63,557 nt of DNA from a virus: the IMG/VR virus record IMGVR_UViG_3300045988_164395; one strand, given 5' to 3'. Numbering within the stretch: the stretch's first letter is position 1; the number at the start of each line of letters is the position of its first letter. A program made the translations under genes and the position numbers. This document shows positions 18,279 to 28,603 of this stretch, piece after piece. Below the pieces are notes generated by a model. The model was not told the origin of the DNA and did no database searches. It saw nothing but the letters and a program-made list of their open reading frames with translations.

Positions 18279-18842
18279 TCAGCGCTTCATCATTCTATGT
18301 TTGATTTCACGTTCTGCCTGCCGGACCATATTGGCGTAAATACCTGCAGATACAACATTTACATCAATATTCATCTTATAATATGTCATTATAAATGCAA
18401 TCTCAGCATCGTACGATTCACGTATATTCTGAGGTTTGGAATTTTGATTATTCTTCAATCTGTCATTATGTTTTTTTTGCATATACAGGCACTCGGCTAT
18501 ATGCCTGTCAATCTTACTTTCAACCTTTTCAGTAGTAACCTTTCCATAACCCAGATCTTTCATGGCGACAAGGACAAATCCGACCTCTCCAAGTGACAAT
18601 AATGCTTTGCACATTCTCAATGCAAGCAGACGTGATTTTATTTTGACCTCTTCTTCCCTATCCATCAAATAAGATTCTACACCAGATGGATTAACTATTT
18701 TCCTATAGTCGTATATAAGGTCCGATGCCTTTTTCTTGAGATCTGACGATGGTTGCTCCTCACCTTGCAACAATACGGAATAATTACCGCACAACAGTTC
18801 GATAAAGTTCTTCAACGATATTTCACTTATATTCTCAATCAT
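18279..18842 (-). CDS. Hypothetical protein downstream of the tape measure gene
   Basis: 187 aa. It overlaps the TMP stop by 4 nt. Confidence 0.5.
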   Translation of the reverse strand: MIENISEISLKNFIELLCGNYSVLLQGEEQPSSDLKKKASDLIYDYRKIVNPSGVESYLMDREEEVKIKSRLLALRMCKALLSLGEVGFVLVAMKDLGYGKVTTEKVESKIDRHIAECLYMQKKHNDRLKNNQNSKPQNIRESYDAEIAFIMTYYKMNIDVNVVSAGIYANMVRQAEREIKHRMMKR

Positions 18843-21800
18843 AGTCTATTACTCTTATATATCTGATACTGCATATTGTTATAATCCCTGTGCTGCTGCT
18901 TCATTATTTTACCAATATCACTTCTAATGCCATGCATTTCTTTCTTTAATTCAGAATAGTCATTATTCACTATTACAGGAGCGTTACCGGAAGAGGCCAT
19001 AGGAGTTATATTTCCTCCAACATCATTCCAGTTGAACATATCAACATCCGGGTATACTTCAGCACCGCGAGGCAAATCTACTAAAGTAGGAGTATCTGGT
19101 GTAATCCACGGTTTTCCACCATAGACGACAACTTCTTGTTTACCTCCATCCCCGACAATTGCAAGCCCACCAATATGAGCACCGTTCTTGGTTCCCTCCT
19201 TATATGCAGGAATCGGAGTAGCAGCGATGGTAGCTACCTGAACTGCACCCATAGCAGCAACCACACCAGCCATGATAGCACCAAGGATAGGACCAAGTTG
19301 CCATGCCTCCATGATACCACGTGCCGTTGCGATACCGGTCTGTGCAATCTGTACTGCCTTATCCCACTTTGCCTGCTTCTGCTGCAATTCAACTTTTCTC
19401 TTTTCCAGTTCCTCATTCTTTTTTGAGGTCTTATCCTCGGCAGCCCTCTTTCTGGCTTCGGCTTCTTCCTCAGATATTGCACCACTCTCAGCAAGAGCTT
19501 CAATTCTTTCGATATCCGCATTGTATGCATCCTCGTTGGCATCCTGTTCTTTCTCAATCCTGTCAATATCTCCTTCATAAAGAGTAGACATGAGATTGCC
19601 TATATTACTGATTGCCTCACCTGCAACATCCATCCAACGCTGGGCATTCTTCATCCTTTTCTTATATGAGTTTTCCTCTTCATCCTGAACACGTTTTATC
19701 GCAGCAATCTCAGCATCAGCTTCAGCATTCGCTAAATCAGCCTTTGCTTTCTGAAGCTGTTCGGAAAGTTTTTCCCGGTCGTCCTGGCTCATGTTCTCAA
19801 CAGAAAGCTGTTTTTCAATAGATTCAACAGCAGCCTTAGCGGTTTCTAATGAATAACGTTCGGTTATATCAGCCTTCTTTTTCTCGTATTCCTCATCCGA
19901 AACAAGTTTCTTGGCATGCAGCTTTTCCAACTCTTTCAGGTCAGAATTATATTGTGCATTCCTTACAACCTGCTCGGCAGCAGCAGACTTGGAAATCTCA
20001 TCAGCCGAATCAGCTGCATATTCCTCATATATCTTACGTCTTTCAGCCAGGTACTTCTGCTCGATGAGGCTCACGTCAGCACCGTTACTTTCAGCCGCCT
20101 TAATTTCTTCCTGTTTCTGTTTGTCAAGAATTTCAAGGCGGATAGACATTTCTTCCTTACTACCTTCCTCTACAGAAGAAAGGCGGTTTTGAAGATCAAT
20201 GCCAGCACGATTTTTCTCATATTCTTCAGACGCCTTTGTCAATGCATTGTTCATCTCTTCCTGCAAGGACTTCCTCAATGCAATTTCTGCAGACGAATTT
20301 CCTTTTACGGCATCAATCTTTTGCTGGTATCCGTTACGGATTGTAGCCAGTTCTTTCTCGATACCGTCTTTCATCAAGGCAATACGTGATTCTTGCAAGG
20401 ATTTTTCAGCTTCAAGTCTGGCTGTCTTTTCATCAGCAGTTTCGGTACTAACTGTTTTAGTCTTTAATGTAGGGTCCTGATAGCTTTGTAAGAGGTCAAC
20501 CTGCTTGTTAAGACTTGAATATCCACGTAGTGCAGACATTCTAGCCTCCCACGATGATTCAATATCCGCATTTATCTGACTATTGGTCCGGTCAATACCC
20601 AATCCTTGTTTCCAAAAACTTGCGTTCTGATATTCTTCATAATATTTTTTGTTAAGATCAACAGCGTCCTTAAGATTTTTCTCCTCCTCTTGTAGGGCTT
20701 TCTTCATAACGGCAATTCTTTCGTCCTTCGCTTTCTTGAAAGCATTTTCTTCAGAAATACCCTGCTTAATATATTTTTGAGTAGCTATATTGATACGCTC
20801 ATACTGCTTACTGACCTCCTCTTCTCCATATTTTGCGCCATCTGCTCTCGCCTGCTCTTCCTCCCTATTAGAAATCTCTTCTATACTTTCTATTCCTTTA
20901 CGTACTAAGGACAACAAATCTGCATTCATGGATGCGATAGAGGCCTTAACTCTTGCAGCCATACTTTCGAATGCACCACCGGTGGCATCAAACAGTAAAG
21001 ATAATTCGGTAGACAGTCTTTTCTGGCTTTCTATCATATCTTCCTGTGCCTGTCCTAATTCTCCAGTTTCATCTTTTACATCGCTAAGGTTTGTCTTGAT
21101 GTCTTTCAGAGTTCGGATATACTGGAGTCCAGCATCCTCACCAGGTCCACCGAAGATATCAGCCAATGCAGTACCGACAACAGACGCACTATCTGGTAAC
21201 TCATTCAATCGTTCCGATACCATCTGTATAATGTCGAACGTGGTTTTCTGACCTGTTCTCAACTGTTCCTGAACCTTGTCGGCGGATATGCCGATTCCTT
21301 CAAGTGCAGCAGCAGTAGCAGCAGTCATTTCACGAATACGCAAGTTACCTTCCTTGATAACATCCACACCCTTGTCAGAATATATACCTGATTTGGCAGC
21401 CTGAGCAGTTATGGCAATGAATGTTTCGGCACTTATTCCGGCTTCCTTGAAGTATGCAGGATACTCCCTAAGGGTATCCAGAAACTCTCCATTTGCATCA
21501 GCCCCGGCAATGAACCCGTCCTTGATAAGCCTGATTGATTCTTCAGCGGAGATACCAAACTGCTTGGACACAGCATTGGCACCAATCAATACCTCCTTGA
21601 AATCCTTACCATAGAAGTCTGCAATCGCCTGCACTTCCGTACGATAAGCCTTCAGGTCTTCTCCAGACTTCTCCGTGAACTGCTGGGTTAGTCTTGTAGC
21701 CTCTGTTAGTCCCTTATTGTAGTTCACCCACCATCCTACTCCGGCACCGGCAGCACCGACTGCACCAAGACCTAACAGCCACTTATTCTGGAATATCTTG

Positions 21801-22630
21801 CCAATTCCGGACAATCCTTCGAACATGCTGCCTGCGTTACCAAGAGATTGAAGGGAGTTTCCAAAGCTTCCGGCTATAATACCAAAACTTCCCATGGAGT
21901 CGTTAAGGTTGTTCAGCTCCATCCAGGCAGCTTTAACTTCTTCCTTATAGCCACCGATAGTCATCTTCTGCTGAGTATATCGGTCACTGTTACGCTTCAC
22001 ATAGTCAGTATTTACACCGATTGTAGAGTTCAGCTTACCTAACGTGTTTTTGTAATCTTCGTCAGTGTCACGTACCATTTTAACGGCCTGACGCAATCTC
22101 TTATTTGCTTCATTAGCTTCATCAATACTATGTACCTCCTTGTCAGACAAAGCAAGCGCTTCCTTGATGAAACGGATGCGTTCCTCTTCGGTCATGGTAG
22201 CAGACTTTCTGGTAGTGTTCGCAGCTTTCTGAGCTTTGTTCATGGCTTCCTCAGCCTTAGCAGCCTGTTGCATTGCCTTGGACGCTTCAGCAGAAGCCTT
22301 TGATAATTCCTTAACCTCTTTGGTACTCAGCTTTTCAGCGTCTGCCTTCTGTTTGATTTTTTTCATCAACTGTTCTGCAATCTCTGCCTGCCGGACGAAT
22401 GCTTCAGTCAATTTATCAGATGCAGAGGATACGTTCTTAGCTTGAGTATTGTATATAGTCTGTAACTTGTCGATATCTCCCTTAACATGAACATCAATTG
22501 TAAGTCCCTTGATAAGTTCTGAGGCAGCTTCCTTGTAAGTCTGTCTGACACCTGAGATAGTGCTGTCAAGTTCCTGCAACTTCTTCAATGATTCCTCGTC
22601 AACGAAGTCCTTTAATTTAAATTCTCCCAT
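18839..22630 (-). CDS. Tail tape measure protein
   Basis: 1263 aa, with long coiled-coil Ala/Glu/Lys-rich regions and Gly-rich hydrophobic segments. Its position after the major tail gene fits. Confidence 0.9.
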   Translation of the reverse strand: MGEFKLKDFVDEESLKKLQELDSTISGVRQTYKEAASELIKGLTIDVHVKGDIDKLQTIYNTQAKNVSSASDKLTEAFVRQAEIAEQLMKKIKQKADAEKLSTKEVKELSKASAEASKAMQQAAKAEEAMNKAQKAANTTRKSATMTEEERIRFIKEALALSDKEVHSIDEANEANKRLRQAVKMVRDTDEDYKNTLGKLNSTIGVNTDYVKRNSDRYTQQKMTIGGYKEEVKAAWMELNNLNDSMGSFGIIAGSFGNSLQSLGNAGSMFEGLSGIGKIFQNKWLLGLGAVGAAGAGVGWWVNYNKGLTEATRLTQQFTEKSGEDLKAYRTEVQAIADFYGKDFKEVLIGANAVSKQFGISAEESIRLIKDGFIAGADANGEFLDTLREYPAYFKEAGISAETFIAITAQAAKSGIYSDKGVDVIKEGNLRIREMTAATAAALEGIGISADKVQEQLRTGQKTTFDIIQMVSERLNELPDSASVVGTALADIFGGPGEDAGLQYIRTLKDIKTNLSDVKDETGELGQAQEDMIESQKRLSTELSLLFDATGGAFESMAARVKASIASMNADLLSLVRKGIESIEEISNREEEQARADGAKYGEEEVSKQYERINIATQKYIKQGISEENAFKKAKDERIAVMKKALQEEEKNLKDAVDLNKKYYEEYQNASFWKQGLGIDRTNSQINADIESSWEARMSALRGYSSLNKQVDLLQSYQDPTLKTKTVSTETADEKTARLEAEKSLQESRIALMKDGIEKELATIRNGYQQKIDAVKGNSSAEIALRKSLQEEMNNALTKASEEYEKNRAGIDLQNRLSSVEEGSKEEMSIRLEILDKQKQEEIKAAESNGADVSLIEQKYLAERRKIYEEYAADSADEISKSAAAEQVVRNAQYNSDLKELEKLHAKKLVSDEEYEKKKADITERYSLETAKAAVESIEKQLSVENMSQDDREKLSEQLQKAKADLANAEADAEIAAIKRVQDEEENSYKKRMKNAQRWMDVAGEAISNIGNLMSTLYEGDIDRIEKEQDANEDAYNADIERIEALAESGAISEEEAEARKRAAEDKTSKKNEELEKRKVELQQKQAKWDKAVQIAQTGIATARGIMEAWQLGPILGAIMAGVVAAMGAVQVATIAATPIPAYKEGTKNGAHIGGLAIVGDGGKQEVVVYGGKPWITPDTPTLVDLPRGAEVYPDVDMFNWNDVGGNITPMASSGNAPVIVNNDYSELKKEMHGIRSDIGKIMKQQHRDYNNMQYQIYKSNRL

Positions 22631-22821
22631 TACAAATAGTGTTTATATTCTACAATAACGCCATCCACTTTTGTACCTTCCTTATCAAAAGAGTAGGTAC
22701 CGTCACTCTTCTTGTATACAACGTACACACATCCGTCCAGCATGGCAGCCTTCTTGGCCAGCATTGCAACGTGATCATATTCCGACATGATTTTTTTATT
22801 CTCGCAACCGCATCCCATCAT
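22630..22821 (-). CDS. Small protein upstream of TMP (possible tail assembly chaperone component)
   Basis: 63 aa. The call rests on position only. Confidence 0.35.
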   Translation of the reverse strand: MMGCGCENKKIMSEYDHVAMLAKKAAMLDGCVYVVYKKSDGTYSFDKEGTKVDGVIVEYKHYL

Positions 22822-23342
22822 TTATACCCACATTTTTTTACAAACCGTTTCAAATAAGGCTCGAGTAATTGAAGCACAACATACTCCCTTGCATCTTTAC
22901 CCAGCATCAGAATGTCCTTACCATATTTCCTTACTATGTCCGGACCGTCTACGAATCCTACAGTATCAATCGTAAGAGTGTCACCTGCAACAGAAGCACG
23001 GATACTCTCATGGAATGGACCGGTGATATACAGATTAGGTACATCAACAGGTCTTGGAGGGAGATTAAGCCTCGGGCTGGCTATCGGAGGAGTTATCTTC
23101 TTCTTCCATGCTATATACCCGTCAGGATTGTTATGCCATACTGATGTAGTTTCATGAAAATACGGATCATCAGAATATCCCGGTCTAAGACTGTTGGTAT
23201 TACCGTCAAGACCGGAATAGAGCTGTTCCCTTACAAGATCTGCAACTTCTATCCTATTTTCCTGCAGGCAATCCATACATGACTTTTCGAATCCGGATGC
23301 GATTCTGTGTATCGCATTCTCCAGTTTTTCAAAATCAGCCAT
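22818..23342 (-). CDS. Structural-module protein (possible tail assembly chaperone)
   Basis: 174 aa, located between the major tail gene and TMP. Confidence 0.4.
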   Translation of the reverse strand: MADFEKLENAIHRIASGFEKSCMDCLQENRIEVADLVREQLYSGLDGNTNSLRPGYSDDPYFHETTSVWHNNPDGYIAWKKKITPPIASPRLNLPPRPVDVPNLYITGPFHESIRASVAGDTLTIDTVGFVDGPDIVRKYGKDILMLGKDAREYVVLQLLEPYLKRFVKKCGYK

Positions 23343-23355
23343 ACATTTAAAATTA

Positions 23356-23377
23356 AAGCCGGACTTTCGCCCGGCTT
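23356..23377 (-). terminator. Intra-operon hairpin (attenuator/terminator) after the major-tail region
   Basis: AAGCCGG-N8-CCGGCTT, followed on the minus strand by TAATTTT. Confidence 0.45.
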
Positions 23378-23393
23378 GATATAGGTTAATAAC

Positions 23394-23579
23394 TTACTCG
23401 GCAGCCTTAATTTGATTATCAGACTTGCCGCAAATCTTATCATATACATCAGACAGGACTTTCTTACGGTCTGACTCCTTCTTTCCCTGCCATATTACGG
23501 AAAGGTGCTTTTCGATGAATTTTTCCTTGGTCAATTTCTTGACCTGTTCATCGACGAATGTCACATTATCAATTCTCAT
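23394..23579 (-). CDS. Small structural-module protein
   Basis: 61 aa. It overlaps the major tail stop. Confidence 0.4.
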   Translation of the reverse strand: MRIDNVTFVDEQVKKLTKEKFIEKHLSVIWQGKKESDRKKVLSDVYDKICGKSDNQIKAAE

Positions 23580-24427
23580 GCCTTAGACGCCTTTACAACT
23601 TTAACACACTCAACCCACTTGATATCGTTTTCGTAAAGCACAGAAGGAGATTTCAATCCGATTTCTCCCTCACCGGCAACAACGGTTATCATTCCGTTTT
23701 CATAGGATGCAGACGTGGTACCATCCATAACAGTAGATGCAGCTTCAGCTATTACGCTGCCAAGGTCAGGAGTTCTGTCATATCCTCCGATATTTTCTAC
23801 AATCTGGTACTTACCAGTTTCCTTTTCCACAAGCATGACTTCAGTAAGACCTTTAACGGCATTTGTCGGATTGAAGTCTAATTTGTAATAGTCAAAGTTC
23901 ATCTGGCTGTCTTCAGCATCCATATGACACAGATTAACAGTCATAGTAGACTTGGAACTACTGGTAGAAAATGGAGTAGAACTAGGATATACAGTAGACA
24001 TTGGAATACCAGCAAGTATGCCAGTACCATCATTATATCCGATTAACATATTATTATCATCCCAGTAATATGCATCCCACTCCTTACCAGCACATTTCAA
24101 TAACTGGGCATTCAGCATCTCATCAAACCTCAGTAAAGTGAATGTATCTGTCTGAGCATTAAGGCCGTTATACTGATTCGGACCATATCCTACAGCACTT
24201 GTCTGTACTTCACCTCCACCCTTGGCATATTCGCACACAGGAGATATAGGATATATTCTATTCGGACGATCAGCATGACACAACTCTGCCATTTTCTCGG
24301 CAGTCAGATCCTCAGGAAGTTTAATTCCATGCTCAACAAGAATGATTCCCTTAACCTTGCCCCAATCAATCTTACATGCAGATCCTCCAGTATTCATCTG
24401 AGATGATTCACAACTTCTTGTTTTCAT
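23576..24427 (-). CDS. Major tail protein (putative)
   Basis: 283 aa. Size and position (after the head-tail joining genes, before the chaperones and TMP) support the call. Confidence 0.55.
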   Translation of the reverse strand: MKTRSCESSQMNTGGSACKIDWGKVKGIILVEHGIKLPEDLTAEKMAELCHADRPNRIYPISPVCEYAKGGGEVQTSAVGYGPNQYNGLNAQTDTFTLLRFDEMLNAQLLKCAGKEWDAYYWDDNNMLIGYNDGTGILAGIPMSTVYPSSTPFSTSSSKSTMTVNLCHMDAEDSQMNFDYYKLDFNPTNAVKGLTEVMLVEKETGKYQIVENIGGYDRTPDLGSVIAEAASTVMDGTTSASYENGMITVVAGEGEIGLKSPSVLYENDIKWVECVKVVKASKA

Positions 24428-24994
24428 TTATCTACAACTTTGATTTTTAATTATTAATTCCATAGAGCGAATATTGATGGCATCAATAGGCTCGCTCACT
24501 TCCTCTCCGGATTCCGTATAGGCTCCGTATCTGCCATAAGAATAGTTTTCGGAATAATCATGCGGAATAATATTGTCATATTCAATATCAAACCGTACAT
24601 CATTTCTAATTACCTCAATCAGTCTGTCATATATTGGCCTTAGAATATTGATGAATGAAGCGCATAGACGTCGTTCATTACTCCAGCACTTTGTTGACGA
24701 ACATGCTATAAGGATATTCAGTGAAACCTTGGAATAGTAATCAGGACTATCTCTTTTTTCTGTAACCGGACAGAACAGGACGATAAGCGGGAACTTACGC
24801 TCTAAAGTTGAAGGGACCTTGCTGTATTCATCCAGTTTGTCCTTAACATACTGGGCTGAACCGAATATGTAGTTAAGTTCCGGATTCTTAACTTCCTCGA
24901 ACCTGTCATTCTCGATGTCAGCAGGCATTACTATGGTAAGGTTCCCACTCATTTCCTTTACTACATCTCCAATAATTTCAACGATACCTTTCAT
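24428..24994 (-). CDS. Head-tail joining/tail terminator-like protein
   Basis: 188 aa. The call rests on position only. Confidence 0.4.
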   Translation of the reverse strand: MKGIVEIIGDVVKEMSGNLTIVMPADIENDRFEEVKNPELNYIFGSAQYVKDKLDEYSKVPSTLERKFPLIVLFCPVTEKRDSPDYYSKVSLNILIACSSTKCWSNERRLCASFINILRPIYDRLIEVIRNDVRFDIEYDNIIPHDYSENYSYGRYGAYTESGEEVSEPIDAINIRSMELIIKNQSCR

Positions 24995-25500
24995 AGATTG
25001 AACTGATTAATCTTATTCAACATGTTGGTCTGGGTAACAAGATCAATCGGGCAATTACCCTCTCGCGCCCACTTGATGAACTTTACATTTTCTGAAACCA
25101 TTCTATTCCATGCAATAACCTGGGCATTAACAGGTGAAATGTACTCATTAGCACACTTCAGCCGGACATTGCCAGTTATCGTAGCTTCCGATGAGGAATC
25201 ACGAAGTATGTGGAACAGCACGTAATCAGCGAATGGCTCTTTCAGCTTGTTGCATACGATTTCATACTTAGACGGTTCAGTATCTTCATTCTTTTCATCA
25301 TCAGACATATCAAGGTAATCCATTGCATAACCTGCTTCCTTTTCACCAAGCATGGCTTCAAGGAAAACAGGCTGCAACTCCTTGATATATGCTTCTATAT
25401 GACCGTTTACAGCCATAGAATCAGCACCGGCTGTCTTTGAATTTGAAGCATTCTGAATATGACGACTCCCTGAAACAAAATATGACGCATCTATCAGCAT
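24991..25500 (-). CDS. Head-tail connector/adaptor-like protein
   Basis: 169 aa. The call rests on position only. Confidence 0.4.
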   Translation of the reverse strand: MLIDASYFVSGSRHIQNASNSKTAGADSMAVNGHIEAYIKELQPVFLEAMLGEKEAGYAMDYLDMSDDEKNEDTEPSKYEIVCNKLKEPFADYVLFHILRDSSSEATITGNVRLKCANEYISPVNAQVIAWNRMVSENVKFIKWAREGNCPIDLVTQTNMLNKINQFNL

Positions 25501-25502
25501 GA

Positions 25503-25946
25503 TTATTTCTTTTTAGATTTAGCGGTACTCTCGCTTTCCTTGGTATCATAAGGTATTGTTTCCTTATTGTCCGTTACCCCAGGATCTGCATTAAGACATA
25601 ATGCCATTTCTTCAGATTGCTTCTGTAATCCGGCAATCTGCTCTTCAAGTTGTCTTATTTTTTCATCTTTCTCAGTGATAGTCTGAGTCTGCTCGGCAAT
25701 CTTAGCATCCTTCTCTCCAATAGTAGTATTAAGACGTCCAATTTCACCATCCTTTTCAGAGATAATAGCATTCAGCTCATTCTCCTTCTCATTAATCTTC
25801 TGTTCCGATTCTACTTGGGTAATGTAACCACTTTCTGAAGGAGTAGTAATAAAAACTACTCCTCTTTTAATACGGATACTCTGTTCTCTGATTACATTTT
25901 CCAGATGCTTCGGATCTCCTTTTAAGATATACTCATCCATAAGCAC
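25503..25946 (-). CDS. Coiled-coil head-associated protein
   Basis: 147 aa with an EKDxxI heptad-like repeat region, immediately after the capsid gene. Confidence 0.4.
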   Translation of the reverse strand: MLMDEYILKGDPKHLENVIREQSIRIKRGVVFITTPSESGYITQVESEQKINEKENELNAIISEKDGEIGRLNTTIGEKDAKIAEQTQTITEKDEKIRQLEEQIAGLQKQSEEMALCLNADPGVTDNKETIPYDTKESESTAKSKKK

Positions 25947-27526
25947 TATTCTTTAGTAATAGCCTCTTTCAATGCAGCCAAATCACCATAAGCAAATGCC
26001 CATGGCATGTACACAGGGAAGATAACTTCTTCCTGGGCAATCAAAACAACCTCATTACACAACTTAGTCTCCACATCCTCTGCCCATTCAAGCGTTAAGG
26101 AAGAATAATCAACCAGTGCAGAGGCCATGTTGAAATCCCCAAGCAAATACTTACCTGCAGGGATACCAGTGTATTCGATTATTGGACGGCCAGCAACATA
26201 CTTGATTCCTCCACGAGTGGTAATAATTCCCAAATTACGTCCGGTAGTATCTTTCTCCGATTCAATCGAGTTAACTGTAATAGGATTAAGAACTATTGCG
26301 TTCGGATAATACTGAGCAAATGCCATCACAGCGAATGCTGTTTTGATTACATCTTCGGAATTAGGCAGCTCAACACTCTTGTATGCTGAATTGTTGACTG
26401 TAAATGTCATGGATGACAGTCCTTCTTCTGTACTAGTAAACGCTATGCCTTTCAACAGAATCTTGCGGTCATTTATTTTGATAAGACTGTGTGATGCGTT
26501 CAATGCAGTATTCGTCGTTGCCCCAGAAAAGGTAATTGACATTCCGTCAAGCATAAGACTCTGTGGGTTAGTAAACTCGACAACTGTATCTTTGTTGCTG
26601 TTATAACCTGAAACATTTTTAACACTTCCGGCATCTCCCTTAATTATCTCATCTTTAATAATACTCTCAACGGAACTTACTCCCTTTTGATTCGCTATTC
26701 CAAGAAGGTTTTCGCCGTTACCATCCCCAAAAAGGATATTCCAATCTTCTGCCATCCATATAGCCTCAGGAAGCATATTCAAGATAAAGCTTCGAATATA
26801 CACACGACTCTTCAACATTCTCTTGGACACACGAATATGTGTACCAAGACGTTTTGTTGAAGCTGACTCTTCTTTTGCTTTTATGCTTGATTCAGGCAGC
26901 TTTCCATTTTCTGTCGTATAACTTGCATTGCGGTCAAAGTCATAAACCTGTGTAAACGACAACTGTGGAAAAGCAGGATCTCCCTGCAACGTTTTCAAGA
27001 CATCACGCATATGAACTTTCTTTTGCTGTGCCACCTGCGTAACAACACGGTTCTGCTGCTGTGTAATCAACAAATCTCCGGAATAGTTGTCTGTCATCGA
27101 TACTGTATCTTTGAGAGAGAATCCCGTAAACTCACCGGATTTTCGGGTGTGTCCGGAACAGAAATCCTTGAACTTTTCAGATTCAAACATTTCATTCAAT
27201 TTCTCGTCAAACTTGTTGATTGCATCCATTGACAGTCCTTTTTGCTGCATCTTCTCAATAGATTCCCCAAGAGTCTTAACCTGAGAAACAAGTTCTTGAT
27301 TATCTTTAACAAGCTGTTTGAAAACCTCTGAATCGTAGGTTTTAAGCATATCACCAATTCCTTTGAATTTGGTTTCCACATCTTCAGGTGTCATCGCACC
27401 CTCCATTGCCTTATTCACAACATCGCACATCAAACCGAGGACATTGTTCATAAACACTCTCTGCTCTTCAGGCAGACTATCTGACTTCACATTGAAGTCA
27501 GACACCGTAAATTTTTTTAATGCCAT
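25946..27526 (-). CDS. Major capsid protein (HK97-fold type with N-terminal delta-like domain)
   Basis: 526 aa, following the protease and portal genes in canonical order. Confidence 0.75.
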   Translation of the reverse strand: MALKKFTVSDFNVKSDSLPEEQRVFMNNVLGLMCDVVNKAMEGAMTPEDVETKFKGIGDMLKTYDSEVFKQLVKDNQELVSQVKTLGESIEKMQQKGLSMDAINKFDEKLNEMFESEKFKDFCSGHTRKSGEFTGFSLKDTVSMTDNYSGDLLITQQQNRVVTQVAQQKKVHMRDVLKTLQGDPAFPQLSFTQVYDFDRNASYTTENGKLPESSIKAKEESASTKRLGTHIRVSKRMLKSRVYIRSFILNMLPEAIWMAEDWNILFGDGNGENLLGIANQKGVSSVESIIKDEIIKGDAGSVKNVSGYNSNKDTVVEFTNPQSLMLDGMSITFSGATTNTALNASHSLIKINDRKILLKGIAFTSTEEGLSSMTFTVNNSAYKSVELPNSEDVIKTAFAVMAFAQYYPNAIVLNPITVNSIESEKDTTGRNLGIITTRGGIKYVAGRPIIEYTGIPAGKYLLGDFNMASALVDYSSLTLEWAEDVETKLCNEVVLIAQEEVIFPVYMPWAFAYGDLAALKEAITKE

Positions 27527-27535
27527 ACTTTAAGA

Positions 27536-28603
27536 TTATTTTTTAAACATTCTATTCAGTTCTCCATAGAAAGAAGTGCCTTCCTCGGCGGCTTTTGTCT
27601 TGACCTCTTCAGATACCTGCGCACCCATGTCATTTTTCTCCTGAGTGTCTGATGACGGCTCAGATGACTTGGACGTATCTTCCGATTCCGGATTCTGAAT
27701 AAGACTACTCGTTCTATATACTTTTGCCCAGCAATGTGGACAGCGTACAAATGCCATCACATCCTGTAAACTTTTCTCACTAAATCCTTTCCCCTCTGCC
27801 TTTACAGCATCAATTATCGAGACAACATTATTTCGTATCTCGGGAGATAACCGATTAATCTCCTCCCGCACAATATCTTCCGTAATCCACCTTTGGTATT
27901 GTGCAGCCATCTCAAGCACTTGCTGTGAGAACGTGTGTTCTGGCACAGAATCATAATCAAATTGATAACCACAACTTGGACAGGTTACTATATTTCCCCC
28001 GTTCAACGCTTTCAACAAAATCTCCAACTGCATATCATATTCTTTTAACCGTTCGTCAGAATAACCATGCTGTCGGAAAGCCTTTTTAATGAAGTCCACT
28101 GCATCCTTAACCTGTTCTTGCGTACCCGATTTCAAGTTTACAAGGAATGTCTGAGGGTTGCTTCCCCAACTGGTCAATGTCGAATACTCAAACATTTTCC
28201 ATTCAAGAACTTTCTGAGGATCTACAGTATCACGTTTAATAGCTTTCACCCCGATAGAGTGTTCCAGTGTTCTGCCATTCTCTGCATACAGCTTATAGTC
28301 AGCTAACGTATCACGTCCAATCTGCTTCTCGAGGTTAATCTTACCAACCATAACGAGATTACCCTCCTTTTCTTCTCCACTGAGAGGAACGCCAAGTAGC
28401 TGGTCTGTACGGTGATTAAGGAACCATCTCATTCTACCGATGTTTTCTTTCAACGTCTTGTTGAACGAACCGGGCATGGAAATATCATTCTGAGAGTCTT
28501 TCACACCGATACCGTTCACTGCAACAGTGACAATACCCTTCTCATCAACATCATTTGCCTTCGTTCTGTACTGAAGGTTTTTGGTTTTCTCTTCCATTTT
28601 CAA
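27536..28603 (-). CDS. Prohead protease (HK97/S78-like) with C-terminal zinc-ribbon extension
   Basis: The N-terminal GIVTVAVNGIGVKDSQNDISMPGSF...NH pattern fits. CPSCGY...CPHCW lies in the C-terminal half. The gene sits between portal and capsid. Confidence 0.65.
   Translation of the reverse strand: MKMEEKTKNLQYRTKANDVDEKGIVTVAVNGIGVKDSQNDISMPGSFNKTLKENIGRMRWFLNHRTDQLLGVPLSGEEKEGNLVMVGKINLEKQIGRDTLADYKLYAENGRTLEHSIGVKAIKRDTVDPQKVLEWKMFEYSTLTSWGSNPQTFLVNLKSGTQEQVKDAVDFIKKAFRQHGYSDERLKEYDMQLEILLKALNGGNIVTCPSCGYQFDYDSVPEHTFSQQVLEMAAQYQRWITEDIVREEINRLSPEIRNNVVSIIDAVKAEGKGFSEKSLQDVMAFVRCPHCWAKVYRTSSLIQNPESEDTSKSSEPSSDTQEKNDMGAQVSEEVKTKAAEEGTSFYGELNRMFKK

Noticed and set aside
19136-22445. Many plus-strand ORFs of 60-157 aa inside the tape measure gene (for example 19916..20389, 20790..21251).
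   Set aside because: They are antisense to a continuous 1263-aa ORF. Their composition is low-complexity Ser/Leu/Phe-rich, which mirrors the Glu/Lys/Ala-rich sense strand. They have no independent signals, so I treat them as shadow ORFs.
22630-23579. A -1 programmed frameshift producing a G/GT-type tail assembly chaperone upstream of TMP.
   Set aside because: The three small ORFs here are separate, with their own starts. I could not identify a slippery sequence with an extended overlapping frame. The idea is neither supported nor excluded by inspection.
28551-28603. The 53-nt overlap between the portal 3' end and the protease 5' end as a programmed frameshift site.
   Set aside because: I saw no slippery heptamer. 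The overlap is explained more simply by normal overlapping genes or a slightly later protease start.
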